From positions 121,210,001 through 121,274,000 of the forward strand of contig NC_042998.1 of the NCBI RefSeq assembly GCF_006345805.1: a DNA stretch of 64,000 bases. Direction: 5' to 3'. This DNA comes from Octopus sinensis. Taxonomy: Eukaryota. Position numbers and translations under genes: made by a program. Under the pieces are notes generated by a model. It did not search any database and had not been told where the DNA came from. It saw only the letters and a list, made by a program, of their open reading frames with translations. Each line of letters begins with the position of its first letter. The first letter of the stretch is position 1. This document shows positions 37,780-50,388 of the stretch, in pieces.

Positions 37780-39920
37780 CTCTTTCCCAGTTTTCAGAGT
37801 TGGCACTGTAAATGTAGGCATATTGAAAGGTAGGTCTAGTGAGGTTGTAAAGATGCCTGAACAGAGATATGTTGCTATATGTTGTACAAGAGGTAAGGTG
37901 GAGAGGAGCTTCAGCTAGAGTCTTCACAGACAAAGCACATAGGTATAAGCTCTTCTGGGAAGATAACAGTGATGGAATAGGTGATGTGAGCATACTTCTT
38001 GCAGAGAAATGGATGGATAAGGTCATACAGGTAGTGAGGGTGTGCGATAGAGTACTTAAACTCAGGCTAGTCTTGCAGAATGGTATAGCTACAATTATCT
38101 CTGACTACAGCCCACAAGCAGGCTTACCAGATGAACAGAAGGATCACTTTTATGATATTCTTCTGCAGGCTACCTCAAAGACGAGTGACAATGATCACAT
38201 CTTTGTGGGTGGAGATTTTAATGGGCATGTCAGACAGCAACCTGGTATCTTCCATAGTGTACGTGGGGGCCATGGAGTTGGTACCAGAAATGAAGAGGGA
38301 ACTAGGCTTCTGGAGTTCTGTAATGCAAATAACCTATTGATCTGCTATACCAACTTCAGGAAGCCAGCTAGCTATCTGATAACCTATCAATCAGCCATAT
38401 TGATTTCATGCTCACCAGACACCAGGATGCATGGTTGCTCTTAAATACAAAAACCCTCCCTGATGAAGAATGCATCCCCCAGCATAGACTAGTTATTAGT
38501 GACTTTAGACTCGAGGCCAGAAGGATACCAGAAAGCAGACCTATCTGGAAAAGAAGGACTTGGAAGCTTAAGAACCCTTCACATGGTTGAAGATTTAGGG
38601 ATGTGCTTACCGAGAAGTTTGATGATGGGGATGAGGATCTACAGTCCTATGACATAGAAGGTAGCTGGGGATTCCTGTGAGACAGCTTGCTGAGTGCCAC
38701 AGACCAAATCTGTGGCTGGTTCAAAGTCCCTTCCAGACCTAGGGTAACATGGTGGTGGAACAATACTGTAGACAAGGCCATTAGAGCAAAGAAACAGGCT
38801 TGGAAGACCTAGAAGAGTGGGGGTAGCAGGAGAATGTATCAGATAGCCAAAAGGGAAGCTAGGAGACAGATATATATAGCCAAGGGAGAAGCAGAAAAGA
38901 GGAAGTTTGCCAATGTTCAGTGACATGAGAACCAAAGAACTGAAGTGTGTGTGTGTGTGCACATATATGTATATGCGCCAGTGCAAGCTATGGACACATA
39001 TGAGGTGTAGTGGTATGACTGAATGACTAACAGAGAAGGTAGTCTTTACACGTGGCAGATGTGCAGGTACATTAAACATCAGGGACGTACAAAAAACAAA
39101 CTCTCAAAAAAATAAACTCTCTTAAATGTCAGGGGAGTATCTCTAGAAGTAGTGGACAGTTTCCATTTGGTGACCAAGGCAGTAGTGATGGAAGTTATTC
39201 CAAAAGCATAACTGCTTGAATAAAATAGGCTGGGCAAAGTTTATATAGCTACTACCTCTGTTAGTAACAAAGGGCCTCTCCCTCAGAGTGAAAAGCAGAT
39301 TGTATGATGCCTGTGTATGAACATGACAGTTAAACATGGGCTGTGACTACTGAGGATATGCAAAGGCTTGAAAGAAATGAAGCCAGTATGCTCTGCTGGA
39401 AGGGTAATGTCAGAGTGCATATACAACAAAGTGTAAGTGACTTGAAAGAAAAACTGGGTGTACAGTATATCAGATGTAGTGTGCCAGAGAGAAGACTGTG
39501 TAGGTACAGTCATGTAATGTGTATAAATGAAGACAGTTGCATCAAGAGGTGCCATTCTCTAATTGTGGAGGGAATGTGTGGAAGGGGTAGACCCAGGAAG
39601 ATGTGGGACAAAGTGGTGAGAAAAGATCTTCAGACGTTGGGCCTGGCAGAGGGAATGACAGGGGACTGAGACTCCTGACAAGCTAAGTAAAATTGTGGTT
39701 GTCCTTGCAATACAGGCATCCCTCTTCAGCTGAGCATTCCTAATCTTGCTGGCTTGTGGCTGCTGGTGTCATGTAAAAGCAGCCATGCCAGAGCTGTGTA
39801 AAAGCACCCAGTATATTCTGCAAAGTGGTTGGTGTTAGGAAGGGCATCCAGCAGTAGAAACAACAAAACAGACTGAAACCTGGGTAGCTCTACAGCTGGC
39901 CAGCTTCTGTCAAACTTTTC
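37780..39920 (+). mobile_element. Degraded RTE LINE (APE domain, RT core deleted, C-terminus and 3' UTR)
   Basis: ORF 37869-38444 VQEVRWRG..YSPQAG..VGGDFNGHV (APE), QHRLVISD, then CKLWTHMRC and ORF 39343-39669 (GRGRPRKMWD). Confidence 0.9.
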
Positions 39921-40970
39921 ACATAAAAAATATAGAATGTATTGAGAATGTACATTGACTTTCTCATCTTGGGGCCAGTTGAAGAAGGCTAGTTAGATAT
40001 ATGTGGTAATAAATCTGTCAGCATCTCCATAGAAAGTTTGTCGAATATGGTGGGTGGGGCATCATTTCCCATTCAAACTGCTCCAGCTTTTGGAATGTCA
40101 TCCTCGCTGTATGTGGTCAAGCATTATCCTGATGGAAGAACACCAAAGATAGTCGTTTTTCTTCTAGCACTGACTTAAGCCATTTAAGCTGCTTGCAGGA
40201 GATCTCCTTTGTTATCGTTTGGTTTGGGTTTAAAAGTTCAAAGTGGACTAAACCTTTCATATCCACCAAACAGATAATACCTTATGTGGGTGAAGACTTT
40301 CTTTAGCCTGGGGTGCTGGTGTTTCTCCTTTCCCTACCACTGTGTTTGACATTTTTATAGAGAATCCATTTCTTATCACCAGTCACTATTCAGTCCGAAA
40401 AAGGTTAACTTGTGAGACATGACAGCAAAGAAGAGACTCACTCTCTGCATGTAATTAGACTTGGAAAGTTTGTGAGGAACCCATTGACCTAATTTGCAGT
40501 CTTTTCCGGTGACAAATCCAGCTAGTTCCTCAACAGTTATGAGGGATTTTGTTCCACCAGTGTTTGCAGGACTTCCTCATCAAGCTCTACAGATCTTTCA
40601 GGACAAGGCTCATCTTCTAGACTGTAGTTTTCAGCTCGGAATTTCTGGAACCACCATTGATACTGCTTTACACTTATTTTCTGATCCCCTTATATTGCAT
40701 TAATATTCCTCACACTTTCCTTTGTGTTGTTGCCTTTATTGAACTCATAAAGCAAAATATGCTGAATATGCTCCTTTTTCACTTCCATTATAACTTTGAA
40801 AAAATAATTGTTAAAATCGAACAGCACTCTTCAAAACTTGCACTAAGAATAAGCACAAGGTAAAATGTCTACCTGCTTTTATAGCAAGTTGATGCAGGTA
40901 GTTTATACTGTCCTCCTCTGACTTTTAGTTTATGCAACTGAAAAATCGCATTATTTATAATATGACCCAA
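39920..40970 (-). mobile_element. Degraded mariner (DD34D-type) DNA transposon
   Basis: Minus-strand remnants VTGDKKWIL, HQDNA.PHT and WE.MPHPPYST; terminus ttgggtcatattataaataatgcg next to a TA at 40971-40972. Confidence 0.75.
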
Positions 40971-41019
40971 TATATGTAATGTATTCTGATTGTGTTATAG
41001 GATCAATGGGAAGTAGCCA

Positions 41020-41256
41020 ATGCTTGGGTCACCACTCTGGCTGGTCAGCTGGGATGGCAATGTGTTCACACTCTTCACAAAAGCCAAGTATGTACAACAA
41101 GTTAATAAATCAAGTTCTGAGTATACATCACACTTCAAGAGAATCTCTGCCACACCGGACTGTGCCTGGGGCTTGAGCTGTTACCACCAGATCTACGTTT
41201 ATGTTTACCCATTAGAAATACCAATTCGGATACAAGATAAAACTTATGAAAATGAG
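41020..41256 (+). CDS. TECPR1: TECPR1 coding exon 1 (start codon; exon probably begins 41001)
   Basis: MLGSPLWLVSWDGNVFTL..FKRISATPDCAWGL..IYVYV..PIRIQDKTYENE resembles the human N-terminus (LWAVDLFGRVYTL..FKRVSA..CCWGI..PIRR..YENQ). In-frame TAG at 41014; donor GAG|GTATGT, phase 0. Confidence 0.93.
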
Positions 41257-41570
41257 GTATGTATATTCATTCATATCCTGGTGGAACTTTATTTTCTTCT
41301 TAAATATCCTAAGTTTAAATTTATTATTGTCTGAAGATACCATATAAAATATGATCTTCTCCTTTTCTTTATATACTTTTGCTACTGATTACTCGAAACA
41401 ATTTACATCTTTCATTTTTGGTTTAATTACTTAGTCAGAGGAGGAAAAGCTGGACCTGTAGCTCCTGTTAGAGCCAATGAGATTAGTGAGAGGGGTGAGA
41501 AAGCTATCCTTAAACTTGAGACCTGCTGCAGATACTTCCAACAGAGTAGCCTTCATTAAAAGGCACTTAA

Positions 41571-41790
41571 CCCTTTCGTTACCGTATTTAGTTTGAGATG
41601 TTCTTTGTTTCTTTCAATTACTTTAAATATAACAAATAATTTAGTCAAATAACTTAGTTGTCATTCAGCTAGTGTTAGGAACATAAATTGTGACTAAGGT
41701 TTAGTGGAAGATTTTAATTCAAAACTTATGAAAACAAGACATTTGTACTCAGAGCCAGAGCTGGTTTCAGCCGGGTTGGTAACGAAAGGG
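41571..41790. mobile_element. piggyBac-type MITE, young
   Basis: Perfect 13-bp TIR CCCTTTCGTTACC (41571-41583 / 41778-41790) with TTAA TSD on both sides. Confidence 0.92.
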
Positions 41791-44483
41791 TTAAGGACCT
41801 GGTGATATTAAACAGGATAATGTGTTAAGTCTACCACTTTACAATACCTTCATTGCATTTTGATAAGGGTTTGGTTTCTCTAATTGTAATATTGATGTTA
41901 CTAGTCAGAAGATACCATAAAAAGAAAATAACCACTCCCTTTCCTTTTATAATTCCTTATCCTTTTACAAATGATTGATAATGCAATTGACATTGTTCAC
42001 TTGCACTACCTTCTTCATGTTTAGGTAGGTTTTATTTTCTTCCCTGACCTGAAGTTATCAGATCCTGAAGATCCTGTACAAAATATGGTACTCTTTTGTA
42101 GCTCTTTATTCTTTTATAAATAGTTGATGATGCACTTGGTATCTTCTTCATATTCTGGTTTTGTTTTCTTTTCTTTTCCTAAGTTCAAATTTATTATAGT
42201 CTGAAAATTCCATAAAAAAATATTACTTGCCCCACCTCAACTCCTTTTTTTAACTCTTTATCCTTTTTACAAATGATTGGTTGTAATAGTCGACACTTCT
42301 CTATTGAATGCCTTCTTCATATTCTAGCATTTGAAATCGAATCTCTATTTATACCTTTACAAATAACAGTTAAAGAAAGACTTGGCAAGAGAATTTTCAA
42401 ATAGTGTTGCTAGGAATGTTGTAGAAGTGATTCAGCTTTCACTGTGGTACAGTGAAGAAGGCATTCTTAAGATTCTTCTTTGCATTCTAGCAACACATTC
42501 AGTCTTACAATACTACACCCTTCTTACTCATAAACAACAAATGAGTTTGAACCAATAGGGGAGCCTCTTTGTTGACAGTTGACCTGGCAGACAAAGTTCC
42601 TTGACCAACAAAGTTGGGAGGTGCTCTATATTATTATTTCACTTGCTAGAAATAGCAGCCAAAGGTGATGGTAGGGGTTCTGTTTCCATAAAAACTCCCT
42701 TGTTGATCCAGAAATATCATCCAATGAAAGATACTTTATGTGGACACTGGCACTTCTTGAAATGGCAGCAAAATTTCAAAGCCAATGAAGTGAATTTTCT
42801 CCTGTCACTCATTTAATTGAACTAGCAGTGAAAGGACTTAAAATCTGTAAAACTTGTTTACAGTTCAACCAGCATGTGACTGAGTGATGTATTGTATTAA
42901 GATATTGTGTCTGTTTTGTGCACATGTGTGTGAATGTGTCTGTTTGTGTATATACTGTATCTGTGTGTGTTGACTTTTGTTGTGTGATGTGTCTCATCAT
43001 GGAGACCTCCACAAAACATTAAAGTTTTGTGCAAGCCTCCAAGATGAACTCCCCTCTCTTATCAGCCCTGTGTATGAATATACGAAATATATAAACAGAT
43101 AGAGAGAAAGCAGGAGGAGAGTAAGAGTGGATTGTGCTGTATCTTTACTATAATAGTGAATATATATTTTTATCATCTAAATTCCAGTGATGATGCATTT
43201 TTTTTTTGTTAAATAATGACTCCTTATTTTATTGTAGGAATTTAGAGAATAGTTATAAACAAACACAAAAAATTCCATTCATAGGTATACTTTCAAATTA
43301 AAACATATTAAAATGTAATAATAATACTAACAGCAATTTAATGGGTAACAAAACATTTGCCAATTCTTTGTTCAAATGGTTTTCATATATTTTATAATTG
43401 ATTTTGTAACAACATTCCAGTTTTGTGTTCTTTCCAGCAATTGCCAAAATTGGTGGCATTGGCAGCTAATTCTGATTTTATTGAGACAATTTGTGTGGTG
43501 TGTGGCTGGAAATTTGAGATTTCAAAATAATAAATATATAGCAGCAGTCATACTAGATGCCAGCTGATCAAATAGTTGGTGTGGTGTATGTGTAGAAATA
43601 GATTCTGCTGAAGATAAAACCAATAATTCATATTTTATTTACATGATAGCAAGGAAATGGTAAAATATGGTAATCTTTTATAGAGATAATTTCATAAATG
43701 ATCAACAGTTTTTATACTAATTAATCAGACCATCATTTTAAAAACAAATAATAATTAATTGCTGTATTGTTTCTAATTTTGCTTTTGTAGTAATAATTTA
43801 TCTAATTCTAGATTTTGTGGGTATTGAATCTCAAACCTCAATTATGGAATGAAATTTCTTTTGCCTTTTCATTTATGAATGAGGCATTAATAGTATGTGA
43901 TAGGGTATGTTGTGCCTGTGTATATATTGGTGTACATTCTCTGTGAGTGTATTATGTTTGTATGCATTTGCATGTGTGTGTTTAATATACTGTCAGCTAG
44001 TGATAAGATTATATATTATCATCTGTTTTTGTGTAATATATACTGTCATCTAGTGGTGCATTATACAAACTTTCAGTTAACGAATTATATATGTGTGTGT
44101 GTGTGCGCGCGTGCATATATTACATTACATTTCATTAGTCATCTGGTAATATGTTTTATATGCTGTCATATATAATTCCGTCCAGTTTGAATTCAATTGA
44201 ACAGTCTTACAATAACAAGATTTCAAGTTGTGTCTATCCTTTTATTTTAAAAGAGTAAGAATTCGCTTTTATTTTTGTAGGTCAAGTGCTTGCATAGAAG
44301 CTCAGTTGTAGGCTTTTCATGTGGTGTATTTATAGTATAAACCTCTATTTTGACTAATAATTTCAAACTATTGTATGTTACCTGACATGTCCCCTGTAGC
44401 AAGTATTTCTTAATCTTCTTGTACCAAATTGTTGATCTATCATTAAATACCAGTTTCTGTTTTACTGTTTTATTCTCTTACAG

Positions 44484-44669
44484 CGATGGACTCCAGTTAA
44501 TGGCTTCTCTGGCAAGAACTTGCTGCCAACAGAACGCAAGAACTGGAGTGATGAAAGCGGAGAAGGTTATTATCCGAAAGATAGTTTTGAGTTGCCATCA
44601 CAGTACTGGGAATGGGAGGGCGATTGGAGTGTGGATGAGAATTTTCGAGGACATTTGACTGACCGTGGT
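44484..44669 (+). CDS. TECPR1: TECPR1 coding exon 2 (DysF N part)
   Basis: ttacag|RWTPVNGFSGKNLLPTERKNWSDESG..LPSQYWEWEGDWSVDENFRGHLTDRG|gtaagt; 186 nt, phase 0/0. Confidence 0.95.
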
Positions 44670-45019
44670 GTAAGTAAATAATCTGGCCCATTTATTACAT
44701 TCCTTTTAATTACTATTGTATCGTACATACTGTATTACAGTGTATTGCAATGATACTGTGTCTTAAACACTCTCCTCCACACTATCCTACACTGTCATAC
44801 AGTATGTTGTTGTGTTTTCCACATTGTCCTACACTGTAGTGTAATGCATTGTTGTGGGGTATAATGTGTTATTGCATCCTCTGCACTGTTAACTGTGTTC
44901 TGTATCACAATGTATTAATATGACCTCTGTAGTTTTACACAGTATGTGTACCTATACAGTATGACCAAGTTCAGTACACCATTCTACAATCTAGGGCTTT
45001 TAATTCTGTGTCACACAAA

Positions 45020-46170
45020 AGACTTATGGGTGTAAGAGATGATCTCTATAACTGATTGAAGTCCTTCATTATCGGCCGAAAAGAGGTTATCACAGTTCTA
45101 GGACAGCACTCTTCACCCTATGAAATGATATCTGGTGTACCACAGGGATCTGTTCTTGGCTCCCTTTTATTTGATGCATATGTTAATGACATAGATGCCA
45201 ACTTAAAGAATGCCACAGGTCTGAAATATGCAGATGACATCAAGCTGTACCTCAAAATAAAGAGGACAGATTCTGTACACTATAGAACTTTATTGCAATC
45301 AGACCTGGACACAATGCAGCAGAGTGGATCATGGACTGGCAACTCAAGCTGGCTGTGGACAAATGTACCACCATGCATTTGGGGAGGAAAAACCCAGCAT
45401 CTACTTACTCCCTCCACAACACTAATCTCAAAAAGTCTTCTTGTGAACGTGACCTGGGCATTATTGTTAACAGCGATTTGCGTTGGACAAAACACATTGC
45501 TAAAATTGCCAAGAAGGCTGAGGATGTCTTGGCATCACTTACCAAGTCCTTTGTGAGCTGCTCTCTGGCTATCTATCTGAGGCTTTATATAGCTATGGTG
45601 CGGCCTCACCTGGAATTTGCATCACCGGTTTGGAACCCCTATCTTGCCCAGGATATTAATCGCCTGGAAGCCGTTCAGCAACGTGCAACCAAGAGAATAC
45701 CCTCCATCCGTCATTTTCCATATTGTGAACTCCTTACTTCCCTGGGCATGGATACATCTGGCAGCTGACATGGCAGACACCCATAAAATTATTAACCATC
45801 TTCCTAACAATAACTCTGAGCACCTTTTCAAACTCCACCTGTCTAACACCCATGGACATGTTTACAAAGTCAGAAAACAGCACAGCTCCCATGACTTTTG
45901 GAAACATTTTTTCACACTAAGAGTTACTGAAGCATGGAACAAACTGCCGGCATCAGTTGTTAGTTGTTGGAGCACTGCATCCTTCAAAACTTCCATGCTT
46001 CCTGAGATTCGCCAACACTACACCTGATTTTCTCCCCTCCATACACATGCAAACATGTATCTGACTCATACCCTGTTCGCTTCCCAGACATTTGTACATA
46101 ACTACATATGCTTTATATGCACTTTTGACAAGTTGTGATGCACCTGAGCACTGTATACAATAATTTCATT
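45020..46170 (+). mobile_element. CR1/Jockey-superfamily LINE 3' portion
   Basis: SGVPQGSVLGSLLF..YVND..KYADDIKLY, ERDLGI, VRPHLEFASPVWNPY..LEAVQQRATK, FFTLRVTEAWNKLP, with frameshifts. Confidence 0.92.
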
Positions 46171-46319
46171 ATATCATATTATAATCTATTACAATGTGTT
46201 TCTGTGTTCTACAATATATTATTGTTATTGTATTGTCCTACACACTCTAAGAATTTGCTTTTCTCTAAACACTGTAACATTGCTCTAATATTTAGATTTT
46301 TGTTAATTTACAATGCTAG

Positions 46320-46442
46320 GGTTGGCAATATGCAGCCAACTTCCCTTCATATTGGACACAAGATATCAAGTGGAATTCTTGTGTACGCAAACGGAAATGG
46401 ATCAGATTCCGGCGTTATACGGCAGTGGACTGTTGGGCAAAG
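46320..46442 (+). CDS. TECPR1: TECPR1 coding exon 3 (DysF C part)
   Basis: ctag|GWQYAANFPSYWTQDIKWNSCVRKRKWIRFRRYTAVDCWAK|gtaagg; 123 nt; DysF signature VRxRxWxR. Confidence 0.95.
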
Positions 46443-46827
46443 GTAAGGGATTTCAGTTATTTTCTTTGATTCAATTACTTTGTTATTGTTTGAGCTAATA
46501 ACCAGTCTAGAATGACCAGTGGTCAAATATATTTCACCTTATCAACATTTCCTCAGCAGTGAAACCATTTTGTTATGTTTTCTTTCAAATGTGTTTTATC
46601 GTATCTTTCAGTGTAACTCACTGGCTACATTTACTGTAGCTCCTTGTGTCCACAACACCACTAGTGGTGTTAATAATAATGGTTCTTGTGATAGTGGTAA
46701 TGGTGATGGTCACTGCAGTGATTGAGATGTTGAAGTAGTAGTAGTCTACTATTGCTGCTGCTGCTAGCTGTAATCTAGAAGAGGTTAATAAATTGCTAAC
46801 GATATCAACATGTTGTATGACCTAATA

Positions 46828-46876
<49 letters not shown>

Positions 46877-49572
46877 TCACACAGTAACAGTTATATGCAC
46901 ACAAACTGATTTTTACACAACAAAATGCATTTATAGACATACACAGCTACACACTCACAGGACTGTCATTGGTATCATTTACTGTTCTATATTTCTAGTG
47001 TTCTATTATTTCAGTCAGTGGAATTTCCAACTACTTCAAACTGAAACAATGCTTGACATTGTATGTGTGTGTGTGTGTGTGGGGGGGCATTTGTGATTTA
47101 TATCTGATAGATGAGTACAAATTGTGGAGACATTATTCATTTGTTGAGTACATTGTTTGCCAAAAATTGCAGTGAACAAATATGTGGTATCATAGTCATA
47201 TTATACACGGGACTGATTATCATTCATAAAATAGGTTGCATTGGGAACAAGACAAATTGTTGTTGTTGTTGTTGTTGTAGTAGTAGTAGTAGTAGTAGTA
47301 GTAGTAATAATATGATTGGAAAAATTGGTAGGACATCAAACAAAATGCCTTGCAGTATTTAGTTATAGCACTTTACGTTTGAAGTTCAAATCCCACTTCA
47401 CTCAACTTTAATCTTTATCCTTCTAGAGTTGATATAAGTAAAATACCATCCAAGTACTGGGAACCAACTTAATTGACTTTATTTCTCCTCCAAATAATTT
47501 GTGGGTCCCTGTCCATAACAGAAATCACCATTGATTTCTCAAGAAAATAGTAGAAGTTTAGATAAAATGACTTGTAGTATTTAGTTATTGCTTTTATGTT
47601 CTGAGTTCGAATACTACTGGAGTTTACTGTTATTTTCCTCTTTCTGAAGTTGATAAAATAAATACGAGTTAAGTACTGGTGTCAATTATATCCACTACAA
47701 CCTCCTTTGAAATATGTAATGTTATGTCAATGTTAAAAACCATTGTGTTCATTTGCCATCATTTAAGAAATATATTTTATTCACATGAAAAAAAGAAAAA
47801 CTTTCCAAAGTTAACAAATGTTATTGAGAATGTATTAGTAATATTTACAAATCCTTGCAATGCTATTATTTGGAATGTGCCTATGTCTATCCTCATAGGC
47901 AATCTGTCAGAAGTGGTTCTGTACCATTCCAGTTGTACTAATTACAAATTAGATGAAGGATACATTTTCTTAATTGCCATAGTGCTTTTCTTTCAACAGC
48001 TAAGTTGCTATAATTTGCTTTTCTTACTTCTGCATCATTATAGGTTTTGTAATGGAAAATTATGTCAAGCTTATTTTTGCTATCTAGCTGTCTGTCTATC
48101 TGTATTCTAAAATTCCTTAGTATTTTCACATTGTCACTTGTTAAGATAATGGAGCTAAAATGTAAAACAGCTTTGCTAGGCTGTTGTATCTCCAAGCAGT
48201 GCTAGATTAAGGCCAACTGATATCCAATGCACAACCCAATAAATGTGTCCCCCGACCCTTCTATTGTTATAATTAGTACAAAATGTGAAATAATATATTA
48301 AAAATTAAGTTTTCTTCTAGGTCATCTCCTAAATCAGACCCCACAACTGTTATTTATTTAGCATTAAATAATTGTAACCTATTGAAATGAATTATTCACT
48401 TATAACTAAGGGAACAAGAAATATGTGAATAAATATTTATTCTAAATATATTGCTTTCATCATTCCAGGACCCATCAAATAAAATACCAGTTAGTATTGG
48501 GGTTGAACTAATCAACTACACTACTCAGTAGAAATGTGTTGCTTTGAGCTTGTGTAAAAAATCCTTATCACTGAGGACAGCTGTGGAGAGACAGTACCCA
48601 TGATATTCTCATAATGTCTAAGAATGTAAGGTTGATATAATTGTTGATCGGGTTTCGACTTCTGTAGGTTGATGTGTACATAGAGAAAGATTCCAAAGTG
48701 ATGATATAGTTGTTTTGAGAAAGGATTAACGCATTATTGAAAGCTTCAGGTCCATCATAATTGATAGATTTAATCTATTACTCAATTTAACATCCCCATC
48801 TACACTTTTAATGTCCTTAGCAGTGTCAGTTCTGTTGCTAGCATTCATACCAGGTCTCCACTCTGAAGTTGTGTGTGTGTGTGTGTGTGCGCACACGCGC
48901 GCGTGTGTATATAATATATATATAGAGAGAGAGAGAGAAAGAGAGAGAGGTGCAGGTGTGGCTGTGTGGTAAGAAGCTTGCTTCCCAACCACATGGTTCC
49001 AGGTTCAGTCCCAATGTGTGACACCAAGGACAAGAGTCTTCTACTATAACCTCAGGTCAACCAAAGCTTTGTGAGTGGATTTGGTAGATGGAAACTGAAA
49101 GAAGCCTGTCATATTTATGTATGTGTGTGTCATTGCATCTGTCTTTGACCCCCAGTATTGCTTGACAACCAATGTTGGTGTGTTTATGTCCCCGTGATTT
49201 ATTAGTTCAGTATAAAATACTGATAGAATAAGTACCAGGCTTAACAAAAAAATAAGTACTGGGGTCGATTCATATGACTAAAACTTTTTCAAGGCAATAA
49301 CCCAACATGGCTGTAGTCTAATGACAAACAAGTAAAAGATAAAAGATATATATATATATATATATATATAACTCAGTATATTGATGTACTGCTTCCTACA
49401 GCAGTAACTCATTTTCTTTAGATTCTTCACTCCCATTAGTCATAATGTCCCTGTAAAAAGTCAGTAGGCATTACCTTTTCTCTGACTAAACTATTAGATA
49501 AATGGAGAGATGATGTAGAGACAACGAATGAATGCATATGAAATTGTTATCTATTTGTCAATTGTTTTCCAG

Positions 49573-49695
49573 ATCCCTGATCTCACCATTGAAAGCCACA
49601 AAGAAGCTTTCATTGATATTGCAGTTGGTGGCTTTGAACTTCCTAATCAACCACTTGGACACCTGTGTGTCTGGGCAGTTACAGTTGATGGTCAG
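49573..49695 (+). CDS. TECPR1: TECPR1 coding exon 4
   Basis: ttccag|IPDLTIESHKEAFIDIAVGGFELPNQPLGHLCVWAVTVDGQ|gtaact; 123 nt. Confidence 0.95.
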
Positions 49696-49779
49696 GTAAC
49701 TATATCTCTTTATCTCATCAAGGTCTCAGGAGGTGGTGGTGGCGGCGGCAGTGGCAGTATTGCCATTGTTGCTACCCAC

Positions 49780-50180
49780 CACCACCAACAGTGTCAGTCA
49801 TATATACATATTTTCATACACACACACATGCATCACATTTGTAAACATCATCATCATCCTCCTTACCATCATAACCTTTGTCGCCATCCCCAACACCACA
49901 ACCATTCTCATTTTCACTACTACCACTGTCTCCACTATCACCACCATCACCACCTTTATCTCTATAACCATCACCATCTTCCTCACCAATATCACCACTA
50001 TTTCCACATCACCATCTCCACCTTCATCTCCACTTGTCATTATCAGCATCACCACCACCACCACCACCATCATTTCCACCTTCTGCTAATCACCTATCAT
50101 CCTCATCATCATCACTACTGTTACTTTCACTACCATCACCATCAAAACCACTTCCATTCCCACAATGACCATCATCATAT
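49780..50180. repeat. Degenerate (CAC/CAT)n low-complexity tract in TECPR1 intron 4
   Basis: Read directly. Confidence 0.9.
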
Positions 50181-50210
50181 GTTTTATCTGAATTTTTTTT
50201 TGTCCCACAG

Positions 50211-50388
50211 GTATTTGTCCGCAGTGGCGTCACAAGGGATTGTCCAGAAGGTAAAACCTGGGATCATATCGGCACCAATAGTCAAAGTATTATCAATATT
50301 TCCATTGGACCTACAGCTCGTGTCTGGTCTGTCACCTGGGATGGAACTGCTTATGTTCGACTTGGTGTCTCAAGAGATTCTGTTTATG
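50211..50388 (+). CDS. TECPR1: TECPR1 coding exon 5 (tectonin repeats)
   Basis: ccacag|VFVRSGVTRDCPEGKTWDHI..ISIGPTARVWSVTWDGTAYVRLGVSRDSVY-G|gtaaat; 178 nt, ends in phase 1. Confidence 0.95.

Noticed and set aside
38459-38470. Other CTGATGA heptamers (also at about 61515 and 61998)
   Set aside because: No stem II or GAAA box follows, and they lie in coding sequence.
41295-42330. Three degenerate direct repeats after coding exon 1 (similar case at 36905-37510)
   Set aside because: Old local duplications of AT-rich intron sequence with no structural or coding signal.
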